A stretch of 64,000 nt of DNA. Source: an uncultured Planctomycetota bacterium (lineage in GTDB: Bacteria > Planctomycetota > SKW154 > DAOVDS01). The position numbers and the translations under genes were made by a program. The DNA lies in assembly GCA_964641955.1 (NCBI GenBank), contig CAZXNM010000006.1, positions 74,556-138,555 on the forward strand, written 5' to 3'. Below are positions 26,704 to 35,917 of this stretch, in pieces. Under the pieces are notes generated by a model. It saw only the letters and a program-made list of their open reading frames with translations. It was not told where the DNA came from and made no database searches. Positions within the stretch are counted from its first letter, which is position 1. Every line of letters starts with the position of its first letter.

Positions 26704-28392
26704 CTACACCGCCTGCTCGCCCGTGACCCTGAGCACTTCCGCCACGGTTGTCCTGCCCGCGAGAACCTTTCTCAAGCCGGCATCCCTCAGAGTCGTCATC
26801 CCCGATTCCACAGCCTTGTCGCGGACTGTGCTCGCGGGTGATTTCGCTACAATCAACGCGCGGACCTCTTCGTCGGGCACGAGTATCTCGAAAAGCCCTG
26901 TTCTGCCTTTGAAGCCCGTCTGGTTGCACTGCTTGCATCCGCGAGTGCTGTGGAAAGTTACATCCTCGTCCGGCCGCAGGCCCAGCGACTCTTTCTCGAA
27001 CGGGCTGGGCTCGTACGCCTCCTTGCAGTTCGGGCACAATACCCGCACGAGCCGCTGGCTGACCGCGCAAAGCAAGGTGGAGGCGACGAGATACGGCTCC
27101 ACTCCCATGTCAATGAGCCTCGTCGCGGTTGATGGGGCATCGTTGGTGTGCAGAGAAGAGAATACGAGATGGCCCGTGAGAGCAGCCTGGATGGCTATCT
27201 GGGCCGACTTGAAGTCACGCACCTCGCCGACCATTATAATATCGGGGTCGAGGCGGAACAGTGCCCGCAGACCCGTGTCGAACGTCAGGCCCGCCTTCGG
27301 GTTTATCTGGCTCTGGTTAATCATCTCGATGTCGTACTCGACCGGGTCTTCTATCGTTACAATGTTCTTCTCAGAGCTGTTTATCGTGTCGAGCACCGCG
27401 TACAGGGTCGTCGTTTTGCCGCAGCCGGTAGGCCCGGTCGTGAGAACCATGCCGTAAGGCTGATTCACAACCCCCTCGAAAAGCTGGAGCATCTCGGGCT
27501 CGAACCCGAGTTCCGCGAGGCCGAGCCGTATGCCGCTGCGGTCAAGCAGGCGCATGACTATCTTCTCGCCGTATGTAACGGGGAAAGTCGCCACGCGCAG
27601 GTCTATCTCCCTGCCTTCCTTCCTGACCTCGATATGGCCGTCCTGGGGCAGCCTTCTCTCCGCGATGTTCATCCCGGAGAGTATTTTTACGCGCGTAATC
27701 ACCGCCGACTGCAGGTGGTGGGGCACCTGAATCGTGTCGTGGAGCACGCCGTCTATGCGATAGCGGACCTTGAGCCCCTTCTTTCGCGGCTCTATATGTA
27801 TGTCGCTCGCCCGGTCGCGAATAGCCTGCGTGATTATCAGGTTCACCAGCCTGACTACCGGCGCGTCCTCGGTCATATCCTCGATGCGCGCGGTCTCGAC
27901 CTCCGCCCGCTCCGCGGTGCCGCCCCGCGAGGCATCGAGATTCTTAATCACCTCCCGCACCGAATCCGTAATCCTGTAATACTGCTCGATGGCGCGCTTT
28001 ATGGCGCTTTCCGTCGCCACAACGACGAGGATATCGACATGGTTCTTCTGCGCAATCTCGTCTATCGCGTAGATATTGAATGGGTCCGCGACGGCAATCG
28101 CGAGCGTTTCGCCAAGCATGTAGAGCGGCATGGCGCGATACCTGCGGGCCATCTCCTCTGTGACAAGCTCGAGGGTCTTGCGCTCCAGGATGAAGCGGTC
28201 AAGGTCAACGTATGGTATCTTGAGCTGGCGGGCCATGCACTGGCATATCTGGCTTTCGTCGGCCAGTCCCATCGAGGTGATAACCTCGTTCAGGGGTTTG
28301 CCGGTCTTGCGCTGTTCGAGAAGCACCCGCTCCGACTCGACCTTGCTCAGGATGCCTTCTCGAAGGAGAAAATCGAGTATCTCCTCAGGCAC
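26704..28392 (-). CDS. gspE: Type II secretion / type IV pilus assembly ATPase (GspE/PilB family) with N-terminal T2SSE_N domain and C-terminal tetracysteine zinc site
   Basis: Walker A 'LTTGPTGCGKTTTLYA', Walker B/Asp box 'IIMVGEVRD', His box, N-terminal 'ILDFLLREGILSKVESERVL', Cys motif 'CPNCK...CKQCNQTG'. GTG start. Confidence 0.9.
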   Translation of the reverse strand: MPEEILDFLLREGILSKVESERVLLEQRKTGKPLNEVITSMGLADESQICQCMARQLKIPYVDLDRFILERKTLELVTEEMARRYRAMPLYMLGETLAIAVADPFNIYAIDEIAQKNHVDILVVVATESAIKRAIEQYYRITDSVREVIKNLDASRGGTAERAEVETARIEDMTEDAPVVRLVNLIITQAIRDRASDIHIEPRKKGLKVRYRIDGVLHDTIQVPHHLQSAVITRVKILSGMNIAERRLPQDGHIEVRKEGREIDLRVATFPVTYGEKIVMRLLDRSGIRLGLAELGFEPEMLQLFEGVVNQPYGMVLTTGPTGCGKTTTLYAVLDTINSSEKNIVTIEDPVEYDIEMINQSQINPKAGLTFDTGLRALFRLDPDIIMVGEVRDFKSAQIAIQAALTGHLVFSSLHTNDAPSTATRLIDMGVEPYLVASTLLCAVSQRLVRVLCPNCKEAYEPSPFEKESLGLRPDEDVTFHSTRGCKQCNQTGFKGRTGLFEILVPDEEVRALIVAKSPASTVRDKAVESGMTTLRDAGLRKVLAGRTTVAEVLRVTGEQAV

Positions 28393-28431
28393 TGCTCCTC
28401 CAGCTTCTGCAGCCGACAGCGGCGACCGACG

Positions 28432-29040
28432 CTACGCGCGCCCGACCCTGCCGGCAAATCTGTTCACTTCTTCCAGAAGGTCGTTCAGCTCGAAAGGCTT
28501 CGTCATGTAAAGGTCCGCGCCTGCCTTGGTACCTGCCTCCCTCGATTCCCTGTCCACCTTTCCCGTGAGCATGATAATGGGTATCTTCCTGTAGCGCTCG
28601 TCGAACTTGAGCAGCCGGCAGACGTGGTATCCCGTGAGGCCCGGGACCATTATATCCAGAATGATGAGCGCGGGCCTGACCTTGCGCGCCATCTCAAGGG
28701 CCTGGAGCCCGTCGTATATGGCCAGAACGTTATAGCCCCGCCCTTCGAGCTTGAGTTTCAGGCTGTCAGCCGTATCGAGGTCGTCCTCGACGATGAGAAT
28801 CACATTTTCGGGCGAGACTGCGGAATCCTCGGCTTCGCCGGTATCAGGGGCGAGCGGTGGACTCTCTTCGGATTGCGCGCCGGAATCGCCTTCGGTTTGC
28901 TCTTTGCTCTCCGGCTCTTTGCCTGCGGCGTCGGGTTTGTCTTCAATACTCACGCGGGTAGCACCGAGTCCTGTTAAAAAGCCTGTTCCCCGGGCAGTAC
29001 CCGCTCCCTCGCGGAGCGCGCGCCCGCCGTTTTCTATCAA
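28432..29040 (-). CDS. Single-domain (CheY-like) response regulator with ~70-aa acidic/low-complexity N-terminal extension. The exact start is uncertain.
   Basis: REC motifs 'VILIVEDDLDTADSL', 'ILDIMVPGLTGY', 'IIMLTGKVD...K'. The ORF-track start is TTG at 29040, overlapping the kinase stop by 4 nt. No output domain. Confidence 0.7.
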   Translation of the reverse strand: MIENGGRALREGAGTARGTGFLTGLGATRVSIEDKPDAAGKEPESKEQTEGDSGAQSEESPPLAPDTGEAEDSAVSPENVILIVEDDLDTADSLKLKLEGRGYNVLAIYDGLQALEMARKVRPALIILDIMVPGLTGYHVCRLLKFDERYRKIPIIMLTGKVDRESREAGTKAGADLYMTKPFELNDLLEEVNRFAGRVGRA

Positions 29041-30275
29041 CTGCGAGCCCGCAACGGCAGAGTGAAGAAGAAGGTGCTGCCCTTGCCCGGCTCGCTCTCG
29101 GCCCAGATGCGCCCGCCGTGCAGCTCTACAATCCTCTTTGAGATGGCAAGGCCGAGGCCCTGCCCGGACTCTTCCTGGGCCTCGTCGGAGCGGTACAGCC
29201 GCTCGAATATGAGTTCGACCTCTTCCGAGGAAATTCCCTGCCCCCCGTCCGCAACGGAAAATTCGACCTCGTTCTCGCCCGCCTTGGCCGCTATCACAAG
29301 CTCGCTGGATTGCCCGCTGAACTTGATGCCGTTTCGCAGCAGGTTCACCAGCACCTGCTCTATCTTGGCCTTGTCAGCCCGTATTTCAGGCAGGTCCTCC
29401 GGAACATCAACCTTGATTTCAAGGTTTTTCTCCTCCGTCCAGACCTCGACCGAACGCAGGGCGTTCTGCACCAGCTCGGAAGCCTTGACTTCTTCGAGCG
29501 TCAGTTCGCGCTCGCTTGTGGAACGCAATTCCTCGAGATACAGGAGCATCTTGTCCGCCTGCTCCTTCATGCGCTGCAGGCGCTCCTTGATTTTATCAGG
29601 CACTTCCCCGAGGTCGCCGTCGAGCATGTTCGTGAGGTAATTCTTGATGGCAGTCGCGGGCGTGTTCAGCTCGTGGCAAAGTTCCGCCAGCCACATCCCG
29701 TGGCTTCTCGACTGCTCCGTGAGCTGCTGGTTCCTGTTCATCAGCGTGCCGCAGAGTCTCGCGTTCTGCAGCGCCGCCGCGCAGTAGCGCGCGAAAGTCA
29801 CCGCAATTCTCAGGTCCTGCTGCCTGAATTCCGGCATGTCCCCGTCCATCATGCGGTTGAGATTGAGCACACCGACCACGGTATCGTTTATCTTCATGGG
29901 AACGCAGACGGAACTTCTTATATCGGTGCGCCCCTCGAGCGCGGAAAACTGCGGGTTGTCCTCGAGCTTGCCGTGCAGTATCACAGGAATCTTCTGGTCC
30001 GCCACCCAGCCGGCGATGCGCTCGCCCATCTTCAGGGTCGTCTTCTCCTCGAACTCCTTCTCTATGCGCACGGCCCGGTTGATTGAGAGCTTCTTCGACT
30101 TGCGGTCAACGAGCATAACCGACCCGCCGTCCGCATCGACAAGCTGCATCGCGAGCGTGAGTATCTGCTTGACCACGTCTTCGATGTTCAGACTCAGGTA
30201 AAGCTTCCTGGTAAGCTCCAGAAGCAGTGGCATTTTCTCGGCTGCAACGAAGTGTTTCTTGCCACGCTCGGCCAT
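29037..30275 (-). CDS. Sensor histidine kinase, cytoplasmic, GAF domain + HisKA + HATPase_c
   Basis: ATG at 30275 with a GGAGAGAG RBS. GAF-like 'ILTLAMQLVDADGGSVMLVD'. H-box 'LAELCHELNTPATAIKNY'. N/G boxes 'LVNLLRNGIKFS', 'VADGGQGIS', 'GQGLGLAISKRIVELHGG'. No TM segment. Confidence 0.8.
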   Translation of the reverse strand: MAERGKKHFVAAEKMPLLLELTRKLYLSLNIEDVVKQILTLAMQLVDADGGSVMLVDRKSKKLSINRAVRIEKEFEEKTTLKMGERIAGWVADQKIPVILHGKLEDNPQFSALEGRTDIRSSVCVPMKINDTVVGVLNLNRMMDGDMPEFRQQDLRIAVTFARYCAAALQNARLCGTLMNRNQQLTEQSRSHGMWLAELCHELNTPATAIKNYLTNMLDGDLGEVPDKIKERLQRMKEQADKMLLYLEELRSTSERELTLEEVKASELVQNALRSVEVWTEEKNLEIKVDVPEDLPEIRADKAKIEQVLVNLLRNGIKFSGQSSELVIAAKAGENEVEFSVADGGQGISSEEVELIFERLYRSDEAQEESGQGLGLAISKRIVELHGGRIWAESEPGKGSTFFFTLPLRARS

Positions 30276-30389
30276 TTTAACTCTCTCCTGTTCTCTGTCC
30301 CTGTTCCCGCAGGCCTCGCTTGCGCAGTCCACCTCTGCGCCGCGCGCACCCCTTCTATAAGGTAACTCTGCGCCAAGGCGCGAGTTTCG

Positions 30390-30587
30390 CTATCGCTTGG
30401 ACCAGGTCTCGATAAACTTCTCGAACGACCTGTCGTAGGTCTTCTCGACATCGGGCGGGAAGCAGCACCCCGGAAGCTCTCTCCTCTTGAGATGGCTTCT
30501 GATGCACTCGCAGCATTTTCCCCTCTTGTCGCACGAGTACGTACAGGCGCAGTCCTTCATGTTCTCGCGCTGGTTCGGGCAGTCCAA
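30390..30587 (-). CDS. Small cysteine-rich protein (65 aa, 9 Cys)
   Basis: 'CACTYSCDKRGKCCECIRSHLKRRELPGCCFPPD'. Immediately upstream of, and co-oriented with, the GAF histidine kinase. Confidence 0.45.
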   Translation of the reverse strand: MDCPNQRENMKDCACTYSCDKRGKCCECIRSHLKRRELPGCCFPPDVEKTYDRSFEKFIETWSKR

Positions 30588-30605
30588 GGCATCCCTCCGC
30601 CGGTC

Positions 30606-31025
30606 CTACGTCCTGATGCTCACGTGTCTCGGAAGTTCCCTGAGATATTCGTCGTCGAACACCTTCTTGAAGTCGTATACGTCGTCGAAATCCTCGATAT
30701 TGTCTTCCTCGGTCTTGCCCATGAGGCCGTAGTTCACCAGGCCGAAGACCATCTCGCCGAAGTTGTCCGTCCTGCTCACGCCCCAGTTCTCGAACACAAT
30801 GCGCGCCATGAACCCGAACTTCTTCTTCGCCAGCTCGCGGATTCCGTCCAGCAGCTCCGCGGCGGTCACGTGCCTGGGCTCCGGTAGCCTCGAAATCGTG
30901 AAGTGAAGGGCATCGAAAATAAACCTGTACGCCTCAAGGTCGTAACGCCCCTCGATTTTGGCCACGGCGCGCAGGCGCTCGTCAAACTCACGCTCGCTCT
31001 CGAGAGCATGGTCTTTGTCTGGCAT
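30606..31025 (-). CDS. Hypothetical acidic cytoplasmic protein (139 aa)
   Basis: ORF with ATG at 31025. No recognisable motif. First gene of the minus-strand HK/RR/pilus gene string. Confidence 0.45.
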   Translation of the reverse strand: MPDKDHALESEREFDERLRAVAKIEGRYDLEAYRFIFDALHFTISRLPEPRHVTAAELLDGIRELAKKKFGFMARIVFENWGVSRTDNFGEMVFGLVNYGLMGKTEEDNIEDFDDVYDFKKVFDDEYLRELPRHVSIRT

Positions 31026-31156
31026 TTCTCGCTGAGCCTCCGTAACTCAGTCCGCCTGGCATGCAGGCTTACATACAATCCCGTAGATATGATACTAACA
31101 CGAACACGCCGCCTCGTCAATATAAAATATGCAACGCGGCCCCACCGGGCTTGAGC

Positions 31157-31186
31157 TTGGCTTTAGCAGCCCGCATGAGGTATAAT
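31157..31186 (+). promoter_or_regulatory. Candidate sigma70-type promoter for the paralog array: -35 TTGGCT (31157-31162), 18-nt spacer, -10 TATAAT (31181-31186)
   Basis: Read directly from the sequence in the 160-bp divergent intergenic region. Followed by a GGGAG RBS and the ATG at 31219. Confidence 0.35.
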
Positions 31187-31218
31187 TGGTTATGCATAAG
31201 TCTGGGCGGGAGAAAACG

Positions 31219-33528
31219 ATGAAACGGCTGATTCTGGCTTGCGTGACTGTCATGCTTGCGGCGCCCGCGCTCTACGCGCAGGAGTCGCTTGATGAGATTG
31301 TCGCGAAGCTCAATAAGGCCAACTACGCAACCGCGATGAAGATGTTCCCCGAACTCGAGAAACGCAAGCTCCTCGGCGTCTCGGAAGAACCGGTCGAAGG
31401 GAAGGAGCGGAAAGTCCTGAAGTTCTTTTTCCGCTTGCCTCTGTCGGACAAGGCAATGGCGCTTTATTACTGCTACAATCTCAAGACGGGCGTACCGGAT
31501 GTTCGCGAGCTTGCCGCACGCAGCCTTCGACCCTACCCCGACCTCATCGCCGAGACCATTGACGAGCTCGTCCTTGAGAAGAGCACGGACAATTTCGACA
31601 AGGCTGCCGCGGCGCTGCTCTCGGTCGCTGATATCGAGATGCACGAAGCGATCCCGGTGTCGTACGCGCTGTACTGGCAACACGGCGAGAAAACAGCGTT
31701 CTGCAGGCTCACCGGGAAGCAGCATGCGATGATGGTTACGGCGAAGGCGGCCCTGCACCCGGGGAGCGACGAAGCGAGCGAGGAGCTGCGCCGGAGCGTC
31801 GTCCTGTACAAGTCTCTCGGGATTGGGAAAGAGTTCTCCGAGACCCTGAAAGCAAGGATTTCAGCCGCAGCGGGTGCTGAGTCAGGTGACGATTTCCGCC
31901 CTGCCCTCGCGTTCGTCGGCGACGACTTCGCATCACTTGCGGCCACGGTGCTCGATGCCGAATCTCCGAAATTACCGAGGAAGTCCGCGGTGCACTACCT
32001 TGTCTCCTCCTGCAAAGCCGAAGCTGCCAAGAGCCTTCGCGGCGCGATTGCGAAGATGGAGGAAGGCGAGATTCTGACATACGCATTATCGGCGGTGAGC
32101 GTCGTCAAAAAGGAAAAGGACCTTGGGAGATACCGTGCAATGGCACTCGACCTGCTCAAGGATGGAAAGGTCGCCAAGGAGCCGAAGCTCTGGATGCTGC
32201 ACTATCTCGGAGAGCACGGAATCTGGGAAGATGTCCCACAGATAGTCGAGGTCATGGATTCTCTCAGAGACGTTCAATTGCGTAAAAACGCGTTCCTGGC
32301 TCTGGAACGAATATCACGCCAGCTCGACAACAAGCAGGATGCCGAACTGGCGCTGTCAGTTTACCGGAAGCTGGGCGCGGCGGCAGAAGACTGGGTGGTC
32401 AAATTCCTTGTCGAACGCCCGACTCGCATTTCCCACAAGGTTATCTCGGACGCTGCAGCAAGAGAGAAGAACGGGGGCTACAAGGCTTTCTACGAAACCC
32501 TCGCCCAGAAAGTTCTTCAGGCATGCGTGCTTGCAGAAGAGTACGGCGGAGTAGCAGTCATCGCGCACCTAAGATGGCTACACTTGCACCAGGACAGGCC
32601 CAGCGGCATGTGGGATTCCGACGGCTTCGACAAGAACTGTGATACACGGAGTGCCCCGAAGTGTACGGGCGCGGGGGCGGCTGACTGCGACCTTGTAGTC
32701 ACTTCCCTGGCAACCCTGCGATTCCTGGAGCGCAACTGGACGCACACCACGGGACTGTTCAAGAAGACTATTCGCCTCGGCCTGTTGTGGCTGATAAGAC
32801 ACCAGAAAGACGACGGGCAGGTGGAAATCAGCGGCGGGGCAGACCCGATAGAAGCGCATGCAATTGCGACGAAGAATCTCTGTCAGGCCTACGCCATGAC
32901 GCAGCAGTTACGGGATAAGGCCGAGAAGGCAGCCAAATTCCTGCGTTCGAAGCAGTGTGAAGACGGGGGCTGGAAGAAGAGCGATGAGTCCGAATCGTCC
33001 GATGTCGTAACCACGGCGTGGGCCGTGATGGCGCTGAGACAGGCCAAAGACGCCGGTCTCGAAGTGCCGGACGAGACTTTTGGGAAAGCGCTGAAATACC
33101 TCGACTCGCTCTCGCTCGCCGCGCCGAAGGCGAGAGCCGGTTTCGTGAAGGTCCCATACCTGAAGGCTGTCGCAGCCGCTGCAACGGCCAGCTTCCTGTG
33201 CGGGCGTGGCAAGGACGACGAGAGGCTCGCCAAGCTGATTGACATTCTCGACAAGAACCATCCCAGGTGGAACGGTCCCGGTGGACCTGTCTACTGGTAT
33301 TTCGGCACCTGCGCCATGTCTCTCTATGGCGGGGAAAAGCTGGATAAGTGGGCTAATGCTCTCAAACAGACAATCCGGGGAGAAAGAAGGGTAGGCACGT
33401 GCGCCAACGGCTCGTGGAACCCCGTCGGGCTGGATGGGAGAAGGCTGGGGCGAGTCGGCATGACCGCGCTGGTCAAGCTCGCCATCCTGAGACTGTGGAA
33501 AGACGGCAAGGCCGAAGAACCCAAATAG
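31219..33528 (+). CDS. Secreted two-domain protein, paralog A: signal peptide, ~450-aa alpha-helical N-region, C-terminal alpha/alpha-toroid (prenyltransferase / squalene-oxidase-repeat-like) domain
   Basis: Signal peptide 'MKRLILACVTVMLAAPALYAQE'. Conserved N-motif 'LDEIVAKLNKANYATAMKMFPELEKRKLLGV'. C-domain with 'WLHLHQDRPSGMWDSDGFDKNCD', QW-type motif 'LRSKQCEDGGWKK', 'VVTTAWAVMALRQAKDAGLEVP', 'CANGSWNPVGLDGRRLGRVGMTAL'. Confidence 0.65.
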   Translation: MKRLILACVTVMLAAPALYAQESLDEIVAKLNKANYATAMKMFPELEKRKLLGVSEEPVEGKERKVLKFFFRLPLSDKAMALYYCYNLKTGVPDVRELAARSLRPYPDLIAETIDELVLEKSTDNFDKAAAALLSVADIEMHEAIPVSYALYWQHGEKTAFCRLTGKQHAMMVTAKAALHPGSDEASEELRRSVVLYKSLGIGKEFSETLKARISAAAGAESGDDFRPALAFVGDDFASLAATVLDAESPKLPRKSAVHYLVSSCKAEAAKSLRGAIAKMEEGEILTYALSAVSVVKKEKDLGRYRAMALDLLKDGKVAKEPKLWMLHYLGEHGIWEDVPQIVEVMDSLRDVQLRKNAFLALERISRQLDNKQDAELALSVYRKLGAAAEDWVVKFLVERPTRISHKVISDAAAREKNGGYKAFYETLAQKVLQACVLAEEYGGVAVIAHLRWLHLHQDRPSGMWDSDGFDKNCDTRSAPKCTGAGAADCDLVVTSLATLRFLERNWTHTTGLFKKTIRLGLLWLIRHQKDDGQVEISGGADPIEAHAIATKNLCQAYAMTQQLRDKAEKAAKFLRSKQCEDGGWKKSDESESSDVVTTAWAVMALRQAKDAGLEVPDETFGKALKYLDSLSLAAPKARAGFVKVPYLKAVAAAATASFLCGRGKDDERLAKLIDILDKNHPRWNGPGGPVYWYFGTCAMSLYGGEKLDKWANALKQTIRGERRVGTCANGSWNPVGLDGRRLGRVGMTALVKLAILRLWKDGKAEEPK

Positions 33529-33556
33529 CTGATAAAGCTTGCGAAGGAGCCTGATA

Positions 33557-35917
33557 ATGAGACGCGTACTTCTGGTTCCCGTGTTTGCCTGCCTGTGTTG
33601 CACAGCCGCGCTGGCGCAGGAGCCGCTCGACGAAATCGTGGAGAAGCTCAATAAGGCCGACCGCGCCACCGCGATGAAAATGTTCCCCGACCTCGAAAAA
33701 CGCCTTCTCATCGGTGTCGAGGACAAGCGGGTTCTCATAGATGGCAAGCTCAAGAAGATGACTCATATCTTCTTCAACCTGCCCGTGTCCGGGGGAGTCA
33801 AGCTCCTTTACTACTGCCGCGTGCTCAAGACAGGCAGCCAGGATGCGCGCACGCTTGCCGCGGACTACCTCAAGTCACACCCCCTGCTTGTCGCGGACAC
33901 ACTGGAAGAGCTGACTGGAGACAAAGACGCGGGCGGCTTCGACCTCGCGGCGGAAATCCTGCTGGGCTTCGCCGACGTCCGCGCGCACGAGGATTCGCCC
34001 TCGGGCTTCGCGCTCTGCTGGGATGTCCGGGACGAGACTGCGTTCGTCCTGCTGGATAAAAAAACTTTCGCGCTTACAGTCACCTCGCCCGCGGCGCTGC
34101 AGGACCTTCACGGCGCCCGCCACTCGGCCCGCGAAGGGCTCCGGCGGGATGTCCTGCGGAACAGGGCGCACAAGAAGGAAAAGGAGTTCGTCGAGGTTCT
34201 GAAAATGCGACTCAACGGCGCGCGGGAGAAATCAGCCTGGAACGACTTCCGCCTCGCGCTGGCCTTCGTCGAGGATGACCTGGACACTCTCGAAAAAGTC
34301 GTGCTCGACAAGGACTCGGCAGCGTACCTGAAGGAACTGGCACTCCGATACCTCCAGTCTTCCGGGAAACCGGAAGTCACGGACAGGCTGCGCTCGCTGC
34401 TCCCGAAAATCGAGAACCCGGAAACCCAGGGGCTCGCGCTTTCGGCTTTCGGCGAGGCCGCAAGGAGTCACTGCACGCGCGAGAAAAACGCCGAGACAGC
34501 CCTCGACATGCTCAAGGACACAAAGGCAAACAAGAAAGTCAGGTCGTGGGCGCGCGAGTTTTTCGCCCTGAACGCCCGATGGGAACAGGTCAGGAAGCTG
34601 GGCAGGGCAATCGACACTTTCAAGGACGAAGAGCTGCTCAAGCAGGTTCTCTCGACCCTGCACAACGCGGCGCACGAACTCGGCCCCGAGCAGAAGGCCG
34701 ACCTCTCGCTCGACGTCTACGAGAAGCTCGACGAGAAAGGCCTGGCATGGGTGAAGGAACTTCTCGGCGACAAGGTGGAGAGGCGCTTCGCCCAGCGTCT
34801 TTACGACAGGGCCAACGAGGAGACGGATGAACGCAAGAAACGCACATTTCGTAAACTGGCGCTCAAGGTTACCAACTGGTACCAGTCGGCCGAAGAAGGG
34901 CAACATGCGACTGCTGCCGAGAAACCCGAGCCGAAGACTCTCAGGTGGCTGTACCGGCATCAGGATTACAGCGGCAGATGGAACGCCGCCAGCTTCCCGG
35001 CCAACTGCGACGTCGATAAGGGCGCCCGCTGCGACGGCCGGGGCGGCCCCGGCTATGATATCACCGTGAGTTCCCTGTCCCTCCTGGCCCTGCTCGATGA
35101 AGGGAACACGCATAAAGAGGGGCCATTCCAGCGGGCCGTAGTGCGGGGCATGGAGTGGGTCTACAGCCAGCGGCACGACTCGGGCTTTTTGGGCACGGAG
35201 GCTTATGCGCGCTCAACCGAGCATCACGCGCTTGCAGCGCTGGCTTTCTGCCGCGCCTACCGCGCCACCGGGGACAACGTACTCAGGGAACCCGCCGCCA
35301 GGGCGGTGGAGTTCCTGCTCACACAGCAAGCGGGCGAAGGCGGCTGGAAGAGCAGCCGCAAGGCGGCCCGGCCCAGCGTTCTCACTACCCTCTGGGCCGT
35401 GCTCGCGCTCAAAGCGGCGAAGGAGGCGAGCCTGGAAGTACCCGAATCAAGCTTCAAGAAGGCGCTTGCCTTTTTCGATTTGTGCCGGTTCGAGCGGCAG
35501 AAGGCGAAGGCAGGCTTTTTCCAGGCAGACAGGCTGCAGGCTGTCGCGGCGGCGGCTCTCGGCAGCATGACGTGCGGACGCCCCGCCGCGGATGAGCGCA
35601 TCGCCAAGCTCGTCGAGATTCTTGAGAAGGAACCTCCGAAATGGGATGACGGGCACGGACCCGTCTACTGGTACCTCAGCAGCCGGGCCATGTACATGTA
35701 CGGAAACGAGGCGAAATGGAAGAAATGGGCCGGCGCCGTGAGGGAGATGCTGGCGCCTAAGCGGCGCGAGGGCGGCTGCGCGGACGGCTCGTGGGACCCG
35801 GTAGGCCCCGACGCTTCGAGCCTCGGGCGCATCGGCGCGACCGCGTTCAATCAGCTTACAATCAGACTCTCGCAAAGATACATAGAAGGCAAATCCGAAA
35901 AGGAAGGACGGGAGTAA
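33557..35917 (+). CDS. Secreted two-domain protein, paralog B (same architecture)
   Basis: GAAGGAG RBS 7 nt before the ATG at 33557. 'LDEIVEKLNKADRATAMKMFPDLEKRLLIGV', 'LRWLYRHQDYSGRWNAASFPANCD', 'LLTQQAGEGGWKSS', 'VLTTLWAVLALKAAKEASLEVP', 'CADGSWDPVGPDASSLGRIGATAF'. Confidence 0.65.
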   Translation: MRRVLLVPVFACLCCTAALAQEPLDEIVEKLNKADRATAMKMFPDLEKRLLIGVEDKRVLIDGKLKKMTHIFFNLPVSGGVKLLYYCRVLKTGSQDARTLAADYLKSHPLLVADTLEELTGDKDAGGFDLAAEILLGFADVRAHEDSPSGFALCWDVRDETAFVLLDKKTFALTVTSPAALQDLHGARHSAREGLRRDVLRNRAHKKEKEFVEVLKMRLNGAREKSAWNDFRLALAFVEDDLDTLEKVVLDKDSAAYLKELALRYLQSSGKPEVTDRLRSLLPKIENPETQGLALSAFGEAARSHCTREKNAETALDMLKDTKANKKVRSWAREFFALNARWEQVRKLGRAIDTFKDEELLKQVLSTLHNAAHELGPEQKADLSLDVYEKLDEKGLAWVKELLGDKVERRFAQRLYDRANEETDERKKRTFRKLALKVTNWYQSAEEGQHATAAEKPEPKTLRWLYRHQDYSGRWNAASFPANCDVDKGARCDGRGGPGYDITVSSLSLLALLDEGNTHKEGPFQRAVVRGMEWVYSQRHDSGFLGTEAYARSTEHHALAALAFCRAYRATGDNVLREPAARAVEFLLTQQAGEGGWKSSRKAARPSVLTTLWAVLALKAAKEASLEVPESSFKKALAFFDLCRFERQKAKAGFFQADRLQAVAAAALGSMTCGRPAADERIAKLVEILEKEPPKWDDGHGPVYWYLSSRAMYMYGNEAKWKKWAGAVREMLAPKRREGGCADGSWDPVGPDASSLGRIGATAFNQLTIRLSQRYIEGKSEKEGRE

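Noticed and set aside
27148-28977. 609-aa plus-strand ORF antisense to gspE and the response regulator
   Set aside because: Overlaps the strongly supported GspE ATPase on the opposite strand. Composition-driven spurious ORF.
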